Assembly: GCA_002269645.1 (NCBI GenBank)
Contig: NIVC01001167.1
Coordinates: 248,001 to 312,000, forward strand
Source of the DNA: Macrostomum lignano
Taxonomy: Eukaryota
Direction: 5' to 3'
Length of the DNA stretch: 64,000 nt
The notes beneath the pieces are model-generated. The model did no database searches. It saw only the letters and a list, made by a program, of their open reading frames with translations, and was not told where the DNA came from. The position numbers were made by a program, and so were the translations under genes. The stretch's first letter is position 1. Every line of letters begins with the position of its first letter. Below are positions 46,682 through 58,569 of this stretch, one piece after another.

Positions 46682-48885
46682 ATGTCTTTCGATGCCAAAC
46701 TACTGGTTGAGAAGTTGGATAGTTCCAACTACACTGTCTGGAAGTTCAAGATGAAGAACGTCCTGATGGAGCGAGAACTTTGGGAAGTTGTTGATGGTAC
46801 AGAGACACTTGCTGAGGACGCGACCAACGAGGTCAAAGTTCAGTTCAAGCGGCGTGCGAACAAAGCCCTAGCGACTATCGTATTGGCTGTTGCGGATAGT
46901 CAAATTCATCTAATTGAGGATGCAGTAACTCCAAAGGAAGCGTGGGATAAGCTTCAAGCATATTTCGAGCGGAGTTCGCTGGCAAATAAATTGTTTCTTA
47001 ATCGGAAACTACAAGCGCTCAAGATGGTGGAAGGTGCATCCATGCAGGAGCATGTTAATCAGTTCAAGGATATGGTCAAACGACTGTCGGCTATCGGAGC
47101 AGGTGTTCCCGAGGACTATCAAGTCACGATTTTGTTAAACAGTTTGCCGAAGTCATATGACGGGTTGATTACTGCCCTGGAATCGCGAGCGGACGACTTG
47201 ACGATGAATTTCGTACTCGAGCGGCTTTTGCACGAGGAGTCAAAACGACTTGAACAGGAAAGCTGTGAACCTAGCAGCAATTCAAAGGCTCTGGTTGGAT
47301 TCAACAAGCAACAGCACCAGAGTGTCAGACCAAAAGTATGTTTTTCTGCAATAAGCCTGGTCACCTAAAGAAGCACTGTTACAAATTCAAGAATAGCCTC
47401 TCTGTGACAGGTGGATCGAGCACAAATTCAAGACCACGTGCACAGGATTTGAAGAAATCCAACAGAAGGCATCAGGCGAGGATTGCAGACGCCCCAGCAA
47501 AAGACTTAAAGGACTTTTCAGCTTCAGATGAGGAAGATTCTGCATTTCCGGCGTTGTCTATGGGCACATCATCGACAGCTAACGAGTCTAGTACATGGAT
47601 TGTAGACTCAGGCGCAACGAATCATATGAATAATGATCGGACAAGTTTTGAGAAATTTGAAGATTTTTCGGTACTGGAGAACATTTCGCTAGCAGATGGA
47701 CATAAGCTCGAAGCCACTGGAAAGGGAACCGTTCGGTTGTATATCAATACTGGTTCTGGTAAGAAATTGTGCGAGCTGAGCGACGTTCTATATGTACCAC
47801 TTATGGAACAGAATTTGTTCTCAGTATCAGCAGTTACAAGAAAAGGCTTCCGTGTACAATTCAGCGACGACAAGTGTCAGATTTTGAGCGCAACTGGTAA
47901 GATTGTTGGAGAAGCTTTGAAAGTTGGCAGACTGTACAAATTGAAAGGCTTTAACCTAACTAACGAGACTGCATCTGTCGCGAGAAACAACAGCATCGAC
48001 CTATGGCATCAGCGCTATGGACACCTAGGTGAGCAAGACCTGAAATCTCTAATTAATGGAAAGCAAGTGGACGGAATTGAGCTTAGCAAGGATGACGTAA
48101 AAACTGAAGGCATCAGTTTCTGCACAGCATGTGTGGAAGGAAAGCAACATCGAACGCCATTTGCAAAGGGTGAAACGTCAATGTCAACTGAACTATTGGG
48201 TCTAATTCACAGTGACGTGTGCGGTCCCATGAAAACTACGTCAATTGGAGGATCAAAGTATTTTGTCACATTTATTGACGACTATTCGCGCTATTGCTCA
48301 GTTTACTTCATTAAAAGCAAGTCAGAAGTCTTAGAAAAATTCAAGATCTTTCAGGCTCTCGTCACGAATCAAACAGACAAGTCTATCAAGATTCTTCGGA
48401 CTGACAATGGTGGAGAGTATACATCAGGAGAATTTGAGGCATTCTGTGCCCGAAACGGAATCATTCACCAGACTACTGTCCCACACTCTCCTGAACAGAA
48501 CGGAGTAGCCGAGAGAATGAACCGAACCTTGGTGGAGGCAGCACGAACAATGATTGCACATGCTCATATTGGCAAGGAATTCTGGGCAAAAACAATCTCT
48601 ACGGCAGCATATCAGCGTAATCGATCAATAACCAGCGCAGTCAACAAAGCGACACCATATCAAATTTTGACCGGCAGCAAGCCGAGTGTTCAGCATTTGC
48701 GAGTATTTGGATGCGTTGCCTACGCGCATGTCCCAGCTGAGAAACGTCACAAGTTTGACTCAAAAGCTCGGGAAGTCAGATTTATTGGATACTTGGAAAC
48801 CTCAAAAGGATATCGTTGTTTTGATTTCCAAACACGATCAGTTTTCGTCAGTCGCGATGTAACGTTCCAATTACAATCCGATTAA
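46682..48885 (+). pseudogene. Copia gag-protease-integrase (one frameshift; RT/RNase H missing)
   Basis: NYTVWKFKMKNVL, CFFCNKPGHLKKHC, WIVDSGATNHM, LWHQRYGHL, IHSDVCGP, FIDDYSR, LRTDNGGEY, QNGVAERMNRTL, VSRDVTF. Confidence 0.95.
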
Positions 48886-51045
48886 AGAATGTTCTGACCA
48901 CATATATTCATGAAACACAGACGGAATGGGCAAGATACGTGCCAACGGCGACTTTAGCCCTGAACATAAGCTATAATAAAAATCTTCGAACTTCCCCATA
49001 TGAGCTAATTTTTGGCCATGCATACAAGACCCCCACCGAAAGAGTTCTAAAGGAACAAGTGTCTGTTTATGACGAAGCCCCAAGTTATGTAAAGAAGCTA
49101 GCTAGTTCTTTGAAATTGAGTTGGGATGTTGCAGGCCATTTTCTACTTCAAGAGCGTCTCAAACAAAGTGAGCAAGCGAACAAAGGAAGAAAATATCATA
49201 AATTATCTGAAGGAGACATCGTATATTTGGAAAAACCTGTGAAGGACGGAAAATTCGACACAAATTATGAAGGCCCCTTTACCGTCAGGAAAGTGATAGG
49301 CGATTCCACAGTTGCAATTCAAAGACCGGAAAATGAACAGAACGAGGAAGCTAGAACAGTAAACGCCAATAGGTTGAAGAGACTATTGTCAGGCCCACCA
49401 ATAGCAGTTCCACCATTCTCTGAAGAAACCAATGGCAACACAACACATGATGCGCATAAAATCAGATTGCACAAATCCAACGCCACGCAGACAGAAGTAA
49501 CAGAGGAATCAGCTTGTAAGAGATTCACTTTGCGTCCACGCAAGAACTAGAACCATGAATATCCTGAACGACTTTGAGCGCCGAGCATGGATCTACCATA
49601 GGATCCACTTCTTTCAATGGTTCTCCCCCCTACTGCCGGGTTATAAGGAAAGAGTAATACCCATCTTGGAAGATATCCGAACGGAAGCACGTAGACTATA
49701 CGAACCGGGAGTTTCTGAAGTAGAATTCAGAGAGCCGCCACCGACACGGCTGATTGATGTATACAAGACGGAGCTCCGCAATCTCGCTGACGATATGTAC
49801 GATGACGAATATCGCGAGGGACGCATTATTTGGGAGCTGATAGTTATCTGCTGCACCAAACTGCTTTCTCTCCTAAGAAACGAGGGTAATGCGAATACTA
49901 CTGAAGAGGACAGCTCAGAGGACAACTGAAGCTCAAGTTGAGTCGGACAACATAAATCGAAGATCGCAGATGGTTTTGAGGCGAGATTGAACGAGCTACA
50001 TCGCTATATCCAGAATGATAAAAGCTTTACGAGATTAAAATCATTCGCTCATACTTACAGCTATTTGCTTTCATACTAGTCTCAATGATTTCTTCATTTC
50101 CATATTTTACTAAATGCAAATGTGGGGACCACATTTTGAAAAAGGGGGAGTAATATAAGGATTCAATTTCATATGCATGTAGGCCTTAGGGACTATTTAG
50201 GGACTATTTTAGGAAGTAGTATTAGGGACTAAATTAGGCAATAATTAGGGAATTGCATTGTTATCAGAGCGTGGTGAAGTGTAGCAGTTGTGGACAGCTG
50301 CACTCTTACAAAAAGCCACAAGTGCTTGATGACGGCATTGCAAAGGGCGAGTGCAGGCCGCCCTAAAAGTCTGCTTCCACTTTAGAGGGGTTGTATGCTT
50401 TATGTGGGGCGAGGTTCAATTACATTTTTAACAGAGACATTTCAGAAATCGCACGAGAAAGGGGAACCGTGAGAATCGGCCGGAATTGCGCGGTGGCTGG
50501 AAGACGTGGGAAATGATAACGCAGACAGTTTCACAGGGACTTCATCGGGGAAATTTACTATAAATAAGCGAGGGGTTACGAGCGTAAATGCTAAAAACTT
50601 TACCTTTTTTCACTCTCTTTTCACTCTCTTTTACACGCCTTGTATTAACTTTTGGATTGCTTAATAGTTTGCAAATCACGACGACCGCTTCTGCAGACAC
50701 CTGTGACCTGAGGGTAAGACTGAGCACTGCCATGACTATAGATTTATGAATAGTAGCGTATCGGTCTCAGACTAGGTAGATAGGCGTAATTTATATATAT
50801 ATATATATATATAATAGATTAATAGGAGTATTTGAGTAGCTTAGTTATACCGTAGTGTCTCAGACTTATTCTCCCTGCTTGTAGCTCGCTTATTTGCTTA
50901 TTTACTTATTAATACAAACGTTGAAAATGCAGTAGTAAATATAATTATATGGTTGATCGGTAAACAACATCCAAACATATTCTACCTCGTTTGAGTTACT
51001 ATTAATCATATGTAAGGTTCTTAGTTTGCGGCCAACTAGAAAACT
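48880..51045 (+). mobile_element. Gypsy 3' remnant: integrase C-terminus, an extra 124-aa ORF, PPT and probable 3' LTR
   Basis: TEWARYVPTATLALN..SPYELIFG, GDIVYL, YEGPFTV, VNANRLK (48939-49550); ORF 49555-49929; PPT AAAAAGGGGGAG at ~50138-50149. The LTR end is uncertain. Confidence 0.75.
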
Positions 51046-51616
51046 TATACTATGGTTTTCAACTCCCTTACCTGTACCACTGAGTTTTGTTTGAGCTACG
51101 CCAGTGCTCAATTCCATGTTAACCCTTTCTTTTGCTATCTTTCTCAAAACTCAATAAACGCCGATTCATTATAATTTAATAAGGCTTTCTTAATAGTGAC
51201 TACTCTCCTGGCGTCGGCATCGACCTCGGCAGTGACTTTCGGCGACTTTGGCTTCCGCGGCGACTTCAGCGACTCCGGCCTCGTCAGCGGCTTCTCGGCG
51301 CCTGCAGCCTCGGCGACTTCGACGGCCCGGTGTCTCGGCGGCTCGGCTGGTCGGCAGCTCGGTGACTCGTCAGCGCGGCGCCAGGTGCCTGCAACTGTTC
51401 GGCCAGCCTCGCGCGACGTCTGCAACACGGCGCCAGGTCTACCGGCCTAGTAGATACCAGAGCATAGCATCGTTTTAAAGACTTTTCTTGCACTCTCTAG
51501 AATTGGCTCTACTTTAAGTAGTATCATTTGATTTTTAAAGTTTTACTAGTTTTAGTTTTAAATAGTTTTATTAGGCCTACCGCTTTTCTTGAATTTAGTA
51601 CTGTCAGTAGTAATCC

Positions 51617-52867
51617 ATGGAAGTAGAGACCCAGAACAAACGCTCATCTCGCGACACCGACTCGCCACCGGTTGTCACGGCGACGAAAAAGGCAAACAAT
51701 CGCTCGTCCTCTGGTCCTGGACGAGCGTCCAACTCTGCTCCGACGGCAAGCAGCGTGCCAGCATGCGCCAAGCTAGAAGAAGAACCTCCAGCAGTCAGCA
51801 GTCGGGATGTTCAAGCCCCAGCACCCTCGTCTGAGGCCAGATCCAGGCTGTCCATCGCGGCGAGTCATCCTCTGCCTCCTGACGAAAATGACGCGCCTTC
51901 AGGTGAGACCTCCCCGGGGTCGGGCTCTGGCACTGGTTCTAAAACGGTTCAAATAAATAAGACTGGTGAACAAATTCTAAATCTAGGACACAATCATGGC
52001 CAGCTTAGGTACCTACCTCAGGCCTTAGCTAAAATTGAGAACGATCTCACTAACATTATTATGAAAGAAATTCATCCTGCCGCGTTTCACCACCAAACAA
52101 ACGGGCGACCTGAAATGAGAAAAGTAGTTTGGTTTGGGCCACCGTACTCTTACAGAAATGGCCAGCTTGACAGAAATGATCAATGGCACCCAGAGTTTAT
52201 CAAACTAGTCACCTGGCTCCACGTTGAACTGGGATTACCACTCTTCAACTCCTGTCTTATCAACTTCTATGAAGATGGTAACACGACTATTCCATGGCAC
52301 GCCGACAACGAACCTGAGCTTGGAGTCAACCCTACTATAGCCTCTATCTCGTTAGGTGCTCCAAGAGAGTTTGTAGTCAGGGCCAACACCTCAAAGAATA
52401 TTGTGTTCAAACAACACCTGGCCAGCGGCAGCGTTCTCATTATGAGTGGCTCAACCCAGCAGCACTTCCAACATTGCATCACGAAGGACCCAAAGGTAAA
52501 AAATATGAGAATCGACTTAACTTTCCGAACAACTCAAGACCCGGCACCGATAACGCCGCACTTCAATCCTTGCGTGCGTCCAGCAGATGATGCCATTGAA
52601 CAGCAGCCAATCACCTGTGACCTAGACAATGAAGAGTCAATTCACCTAAAAGCTCAAGAAGAAAAAGCCAACTTTGAACGCATTAGACAATTAAGCCAAT
52701 CCAGCACTAGTTCTTATCGCCAGCACAATCAATCTAACAACCAAACTAAAGCTAAGGGGTCTGCACCGGTACTTTTCGAAGTCGCCCTAGAAGGGAAGGA
52801 CCCCATCCAATTCGAACGGTTGCTCAAGACCAATTTTCCTAACATCAGGGTCAAATCTGTCAAATAA
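51617..52867 (+). CDS. alkB: ORF1 N-terminus of copy B with an intact AlkB-family 2OG-Fe(II) dioxygenase domain (~52106-52528)
   Basis: RKVVWFGPPYSY, FNSCLINFYEDG, WHADNE (HxD), IASISLGAPREF, LASGSVLIMSG..QHC (His), RIDLTFR (Rx5R). Symbol is family-level only. Confidence 0.93.
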   Translation: MEVETQNKRSSRDTDSPPVVTATKKANNRSSSGPGRASNSAPTASSVPACAKLEEEPPAVSSRDVQAPAPSSEARSRLSIAASHPLPPDENDAPSGETSPGSGSGTGSKTVQINKTGEQILNLGHNHGQLRYLPQALAKIENDLTNIIMKEIHPAAFHHQTNGRPEMRKVVWFGPPYSYRNGQLDRNDQWHPEFIKLVTWLHVELGLPLFNSCLINFYEDGNTTIPWHADNEPELGVNPTIASISLGAPREFVVRANTSKNIVFKQHLASGSVLIMSGSTQQHFQHCITKDPKVKNMRIDLTFRTTQDPAPITPHFNPCVRPADDAIEQQPITCDLDNEESIHLKAQEEKANFERIRQLSQSSTSSYRQHNQSNNQTKAKGSAPVLFEVALEGKDPIQFERLLKTNFPNIRVKSVK

Positions 52868-54115
52868 TTGTGCCATTCATCTGGTTACATAAAAATTCCT
52901 GAACATCCTAAAGACTTCAATGTACTCCTAAATGGGCCGCTTAAAGTAGACTCCATCAATGGGCATGAAGTTACTCGCAGACTTGCCTCCAAACGACCAA
53001 CCCGTCAAGGCGATGATCGATCACAAATTCGAGGACCTCTCAAGGCACCAAATTTACACTCATTCATAGTAAAAATGTAAAAAAAATGCGGTTGATGTCA
53101 GCGGCCTAGCGAAACACCTCTCGGAGGGTGACCAGCAGCTTCCAATTGATGGGGCTGTCCGCATCTACTCGAAGGCTACTGGTCAAGCTACCCCCTTTGT
53201 CCGCCTCTTCACTAAATGCCGTGGCGCCATGGACCACTGCATTGAACATGGCATCTACCTTGGACTGTTCCGGTACCGCTGTGAAGCCTCAACCAGCCTC
53301 CCACCAGTCAAAGCGATTCAATGCAAACGTTGCCAAGGCTTTGTTCACCTCGAGACTCGATGCACATCTGGTTTCAAGTGCAACAAATGTGCTCAAGACC
53401 ACTACTCTGGCGATTGTCCAAAGGAGCACAAGTTCAAGTGCGCAAATTGCGAAGGAGAGCACCCGGCTTATTCCTACAAATGCCCAATGGTCAAGAAGGC
53501 CAACGAAGCTGCTACAAGTAAAGAACACGAGCGCATTAACAACTTAAAACTAAAACAAAAACGAAAAAAAAATTTCCGGAATAACCAGTTGCCATTTGGG
53601 AGCCAGACCCTTGGGGAGGTTTTCGGCGTTCCAGGTCCGCAGTCCTATGCCGAGATGTTGCGTCCCAACCCAAACCAGCTCTGCCATCCATGGGTCCAAT
53701 TGCCTACTCCAACCGAGCTGCTCAGGCTTTCATCTCGGCCTCGGCTCAGCCTGCTGACTCTCTCGCTGCCGCCGCTGCCAACCATCAAGCGCTGCTAGGT
53801 GCAACCAATCCATCTGAGTTCACAACAGCTGCTCCAGCCAATCCGGTCTCGACGCAATCTGGAGTTGATTCTACTAATCAATCAGGACCATGTGAGAGGG
53901 GCCTTTTCTCTCGGGAAGACGTGCTCGAGGTTGCGTTGCTGGCGCTTGACCGACTCATGAGCATAGAACCAGGACGGATGTTCACCCCCTGGGAGGCGGG
54001 GCAACTTGTCTTCCGGGTGGTGTCTAAAGTCGTAAGGGTGTTCAGGAATCAGAGAGTGCCTGTTGCAGAGTCAGGGGACACCAAAGTCGCGCAAGCGAAC
54101 GGAGGTGGAACCTGA
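52868..54115 (+). pseudogene. Gag-like remainder of ORF1 of copy B
   Basis: In frame with the AlkB ORF across one TAA. HEVTRRL and HSFIVK align with copy A; knuckles CKRCQGFVHLETRC, CNKCAQDHYSGDC, CANCEGEHPAYSYKC; frameshifts present. Confidence 0.85.
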
Positions 54116-54204
54116 ACTCTCTGATTATAAGTTGCTTAGCTTAGTTCAATATATTCAATTCTACTCGTAAAACTCCTACGACAAATACCAAAAGTCACTC
54201 CGTT

Positions 54205-56980
54205 GTGCGGGACTTCCTCAACATTGGGCATCTGAACTGTAACTGGCTCAGCAACAAAATCTATGAAATAATTTCATGGCTAAATAATGAGGACTTAGAT
54301 ATAGGACTATTCTCCGAAACTGGCTTAGTTGATACAAACCCTTTCTTTGTTCAAGACTACGCTATCCTTAGGTTTGACAAACCTCACTGTAGAAGAGGAC
54401 TTGCCGTAGCTTATAAAAATAATCCTAACATTATGAATATTAAAAAGTTTTATGACAACAGTCACCATGAATACATTAGTTTTGAGGTTTTCTTAAAGCA
54501 TAACAGGTTGAACAAGCTTAATATAGTCCTCTTCTACAGGGCTCCCAACCCCACCAGGCTAAACTGTGACATTTTAAACAAACTTTTCTCTAATCCCTCC
54601 ACCCTGGTCATTGGGGACTTTAATTGTAACCATCTTGCCCTTAGTGGAGATTCCAATTATAATTACCCTGGCAGACAGCTCTTTGACTGGCTAGAAGAGC
54701 ACCCCAACCCCCCATCTTACTAAACAACTATGGTGAGTTCACCAGAGTGTGCAATCGTGGCGGCTCCCACACTGCGAACGTGCTGGACTTGGGGCTTTGC
54801 TCTCCCAACCTTGGCGCCCACACCAGAGAGGTCCTTATAGGGGACGACTTGGACAGTGACCACTTCCCCATCATTATTAAAGTCTACCTTGACCCAAACA
54901 GTAAAATATCGAAAAAAACCCAAAAGTTTTTGGAGCACTGACTGGGAGACCTTCAGGGTGGTTCTTCAAGACAAGCTCAGTGACAATCAAATCAGCAATC
55001 TTAGGTTAGCTACTCCAGGTGAATTAGATCGAGCTGAAGATCTGTTAACTCAGAGTCTGAATGACACGATTGAGGAGGTGGTCCCAAACAGGGACCCCCG
55101 CGAGCAGCTCCCTCCCGACATAATAGCCAAGATTAAGTACAGGAGAAAACTTGGGAAGCTTTTTAGGAATACCCGAATAGATAATTTTAGGATTCAGACG
55201 AATCAAGCTGCCAAGGAGATCAGGCTAGCCATTCGTGTGCACAGGTCAAGAAAGTTTGAAAACTTATGTGAAAAAATTTCCAAGACCAGTTACCGTAAAG
55301 AACCAAGAAAATTCTGGGTTGACATAAAAAAAATGATAAGTGAGGGTCCCAAACCCATCACCTACCCCCCGATTGTTCTCAAAGACTGTCGCTGATACTG
55401 AAGCTGAGAAAGCTCAGGCCTTCAAAGAATTCCTCGAGGCTCAGATGCGTCCCTGCCCAGATAGATCCACCCAGCTGTACAAAAAGATTGAGGCCCAAAA
55501 AGATCTTGAGATCTACAAACCTCATAACAACATCTTAGCTGCGTTAGCCTATCATAAAGACCATGCTGATCCCGATAATCCGGACAAAGAAGACGTAGAA
55601 GCTGATATCCTTAATATCATAGATCAGGATGTTCTATGGGAAAGCAGGAAGCTCAGGGCAGGGGGGGGGCTCCTGGGCCTGACAAGATACCGAATGTTGT
55701 CCTCAAATTTAGCCTGAGTCCAGACTCCATCAGGGTGCTTGCGAAAATCTTTAATGCTAGTTTCCTCCTTGGATACTTCCCCAAGCGATGGAAAATGGCC
55801 ACTGTCAAAATGATATCCAAACCTAATAAGCCAAAAAATCTCAATGCTTATTATTAGCCTTACCTCTTGTTTAGGTAAACTTTATGAGAAAATCTTAGCA
55901 AGGAACCTTCGGGTTATCTTAGAAAATCTAGGGATCATTAATGACGAGCAATGTGCCTATATGTATGATCATAGTACCTACGATAATATTGTTCGACTTA
56001 CTGACGATGTGCTAAAAATGCTCCAGCTGAAACAGTACACGTTGGGGGTCTTTTTTGACGTAAAGGGAGCCTTTGATGGGGTCTGGCACAACTACCTTAA
56101 ATTCAAAACTCGAAAGTGTGGAGTCCCGCACAACATGACCAGAATCTTAGCAAATTATCTTGACGATAGAACTGTCGAGATTGTAGTAGCTGGAGCTCAA
56201 AGTGCAGGGTTCCAGCCAAAAGCAGGTGTCCCCCAGGGGGGTGTCCTTTCGCCCCTACTATTTATTATTTATGTCAGCTCTATACCAAAACCGACAGATA
56301 ATAAAGTTAAAATTAGTCAGTTCGCTGATGACTTGGCGGTCTGGGCATGTGCAAGAAAATCTACCATGTCTGCTAAAAGACTCAACGACTACTTCATCCG
56401 TCTCAAAAGGTGGCTTGATGCTGTTGGTATCACTATTAATGCCTCAAAAAGTAAAGCAATCTCCTTCTTCAAGGCGAACGGCAACAAAACAGGCCCTGGT
56501 GAACCCCTAATCAAACTTGGGAACAACAGAATTAGTTATTATGACACTGTCACCTTTCTTAGCATGGTCCTAGACAAACAACTTAACTACAAACCTCACG
56601 TCGACAAGGTCGTAGGTACTACCACAAAAAAGATTGCTGCGCTAGACAGAATGGTTAAAAATTCCAGAATTTCCCAACTCGGACTACGACTGATCTATGG
56701 GTCTTACATTGAAAGTACCATCGCTTACGGTGCTCCAATTCTTCTTAATCTTTCCGACTTCCAGGTCAATAGAAATCAGGTGCTCCAAAACAAGGCTCTG
56801 CGTATCATCCTTGACGCTCCACCCTACATCAAAATTTCCTACATTCACTTGGTCACTAACATGCCCATGATCAAAGATCGCCTGCTCAGCCTGGGGAAAA
56901 AATGGTTCAAAAAAGCGTTAGAAAGCGGTATACATAATTTTAAAGAAGACACTAAAGAATGGTCGAGACCCGGCTTTTGA
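54205..56980 (+). pseudogene. ORF2 of copy B: AP endonuclease + reverse transcriptase, no RNase H; frameshifted
   Basis: GHLNCN, FSETG, IGDFNCNH, VLDLGL, SDHFPII; ISLTSCLGKLYEK, FDVKGAFDGVWH, GVPQGGVLSPLLF, QFADDLAVW, FLSMVLD. Confidence 0.92.
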
Positions 56981-58569
56981 GTCCCGGTCACAACCGTTCT
57001 CAGGAAAAAACTTAATGCCTAAATTATAGCCAGATTCTTGGCTATAAGACTAATATTGTGCCCTTTTTGTTGGGGATTGATCTGTCGACCCTCTTCTATT
57101 TGTTAATTTTTGAAATTATAAAACAAAAAATTTTGCCGTACAACGGGACGGCTCCTGAGGTTATAACCTGCCTTCCTAGGGGTACTAGCATGGGATATGC
57201 ATGCTATGCTGCATAGCCCTCTCTATCCACAGCTCCCTCAGGACGGGAGACGTTTTAAACCTGGAACCCCAAACCAGGTGGACCAATAGGCCCTTAACTC
57301 TGACTGAGTGAGCCGCTTTGGATTGGATTTGGGGTTTGGATTGCTATTTATAGCTTCAAAAAATTTGACATGACAGCTATGGAAACTTCGTTTTCGTAGC
57401 AGTAGTATGATTTGAATTTGACCATTAATATTGATTATTCTTAGGAATGATCGATTAAATTTTGACTCGAGCACCTCTCTCCGGGAGAGAGTCCAAACTT
57501 TACTGCTGGCTTTGATTCCAATCAGTTGACCAAATCTTAATGCGACTATCTTCCACTTAAAGTATTAGTCATCAAATCAAATATTTTTCAAATATTGCTA
57601 AACGTTTCACTTTTATTCTTTCCAAATTGCTAAAATTCTTTTATTCTGTTTATATTTAGCTCAAATATTTTCTTTGTGATTTCTTTACTTTGTTTTTACT
57701 CCTAATCTTGAAATTTTCATTTCAGTTTTAGTTTTATCTCACTTTCTTTATCTCTTGTTTTACTCTTGCTCTTATCTTTTCTATCTTTTATACTCGTATT
57801 ATTTGTTATATAGCTACCCCCAAATATTTGTTTTATGTAAATATTTCCTCGTTTTTTACTTTTCCTAAATTGGACGTTCATAATCTAATAATTTGGAACA
57901 CAAAAATACATAGTCGCGCAAGAGCCCTTCAAAGGGCTGAGGCGCAGGGCAATTCTATTTTATATTAGCCCCTACCTATCAAGTAAGTAAGTAAGTCCTT
58001 AGAGCAGTCCTTGGCTTTTTTGGAAAGTTAAGAAATTGCTGTGCTTTAGACACCACAGGTATCTACAGTGTAGGCCTACAGGTGTTTACTGTGCAGTATA
58101 TTGACAAGCTTTCTGGGAAACCCACGTTACCTGGCGTCTTCGGCTTCTGCGGCGATCAACGGGTTCTGCAGCTTCTCCGGCCTCGGCGACTGCTCTTCAG
58201 CGACTTCGGCATCGTCGGCGGCGTCTGCGGCGGCCAGCTTCGACGGCAGCATCGGCGCCTGCGGCTTCGGCGGTTCGACGGCTGGGCCGGGCTCAGCGGC
58301 GGCGGGTGCGCGGCTCTTCAGCGGCGACGGCACGGCACCAGGCACCTTGCGCGGCATCAACACGGCGCCAGACCCGCTCGTCTTATAGAAACTAGGACCT
58401 ATTATCAGTTGTAGACTTTATCTTGCATTTAGTTGACTATAGACTACTGACAGTAGGTCAATTAGCATTTTCTTATAGTTTATTAATTAAGTTTTAAGTT
58501 TTAAGTTTTAATTAGCCTACCGTTTTAAGGCTTTATCTTGTATATTAATCTTATTAACAATTTATTTAA

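Larger units (their letters stand above)
46269..51195 (+). mobile_element. Copia LTR retrotransposon, internally deleted, nested in LINE B
   Basis: 5' LTR 46269-46527 (TGTT...TAATA), copia-type PBS GGTTATGGGCCC at 46528. Partial 3' LTR at ~51043-51195 matches 46375-46527. 5-bp TSD GTGAC at 46264-46268 and 51196-51200. Confidence 0.88.
46143..57996 (+). mobile_element. AlkB-LINE copy B, apparently full-length, with a Copia/Gypsy insertion in its 5' UTR
   Basis: 5' end AGAGCAGTCCTTGG is homologous to copy C, and the UTR rejoins across TSD GTGAC. ORF1 AlkB-gag, ORF2 APE-RT, 3' hairpin at 57911-57945, (AAGT)4 tail at 57981-57996. Confidence 0.88.

Noticed and set aside
52865-52867. Programmed readthrough between AlkB and gag (in-frame stops in both A and B)
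   Set aside because: The stops differ (TAG versus TAA) and sit at non-homologous positions. The B stop aligns with a Lys in A (KKLTHEVG versus VK*LCHSSG), so it is simple decay.
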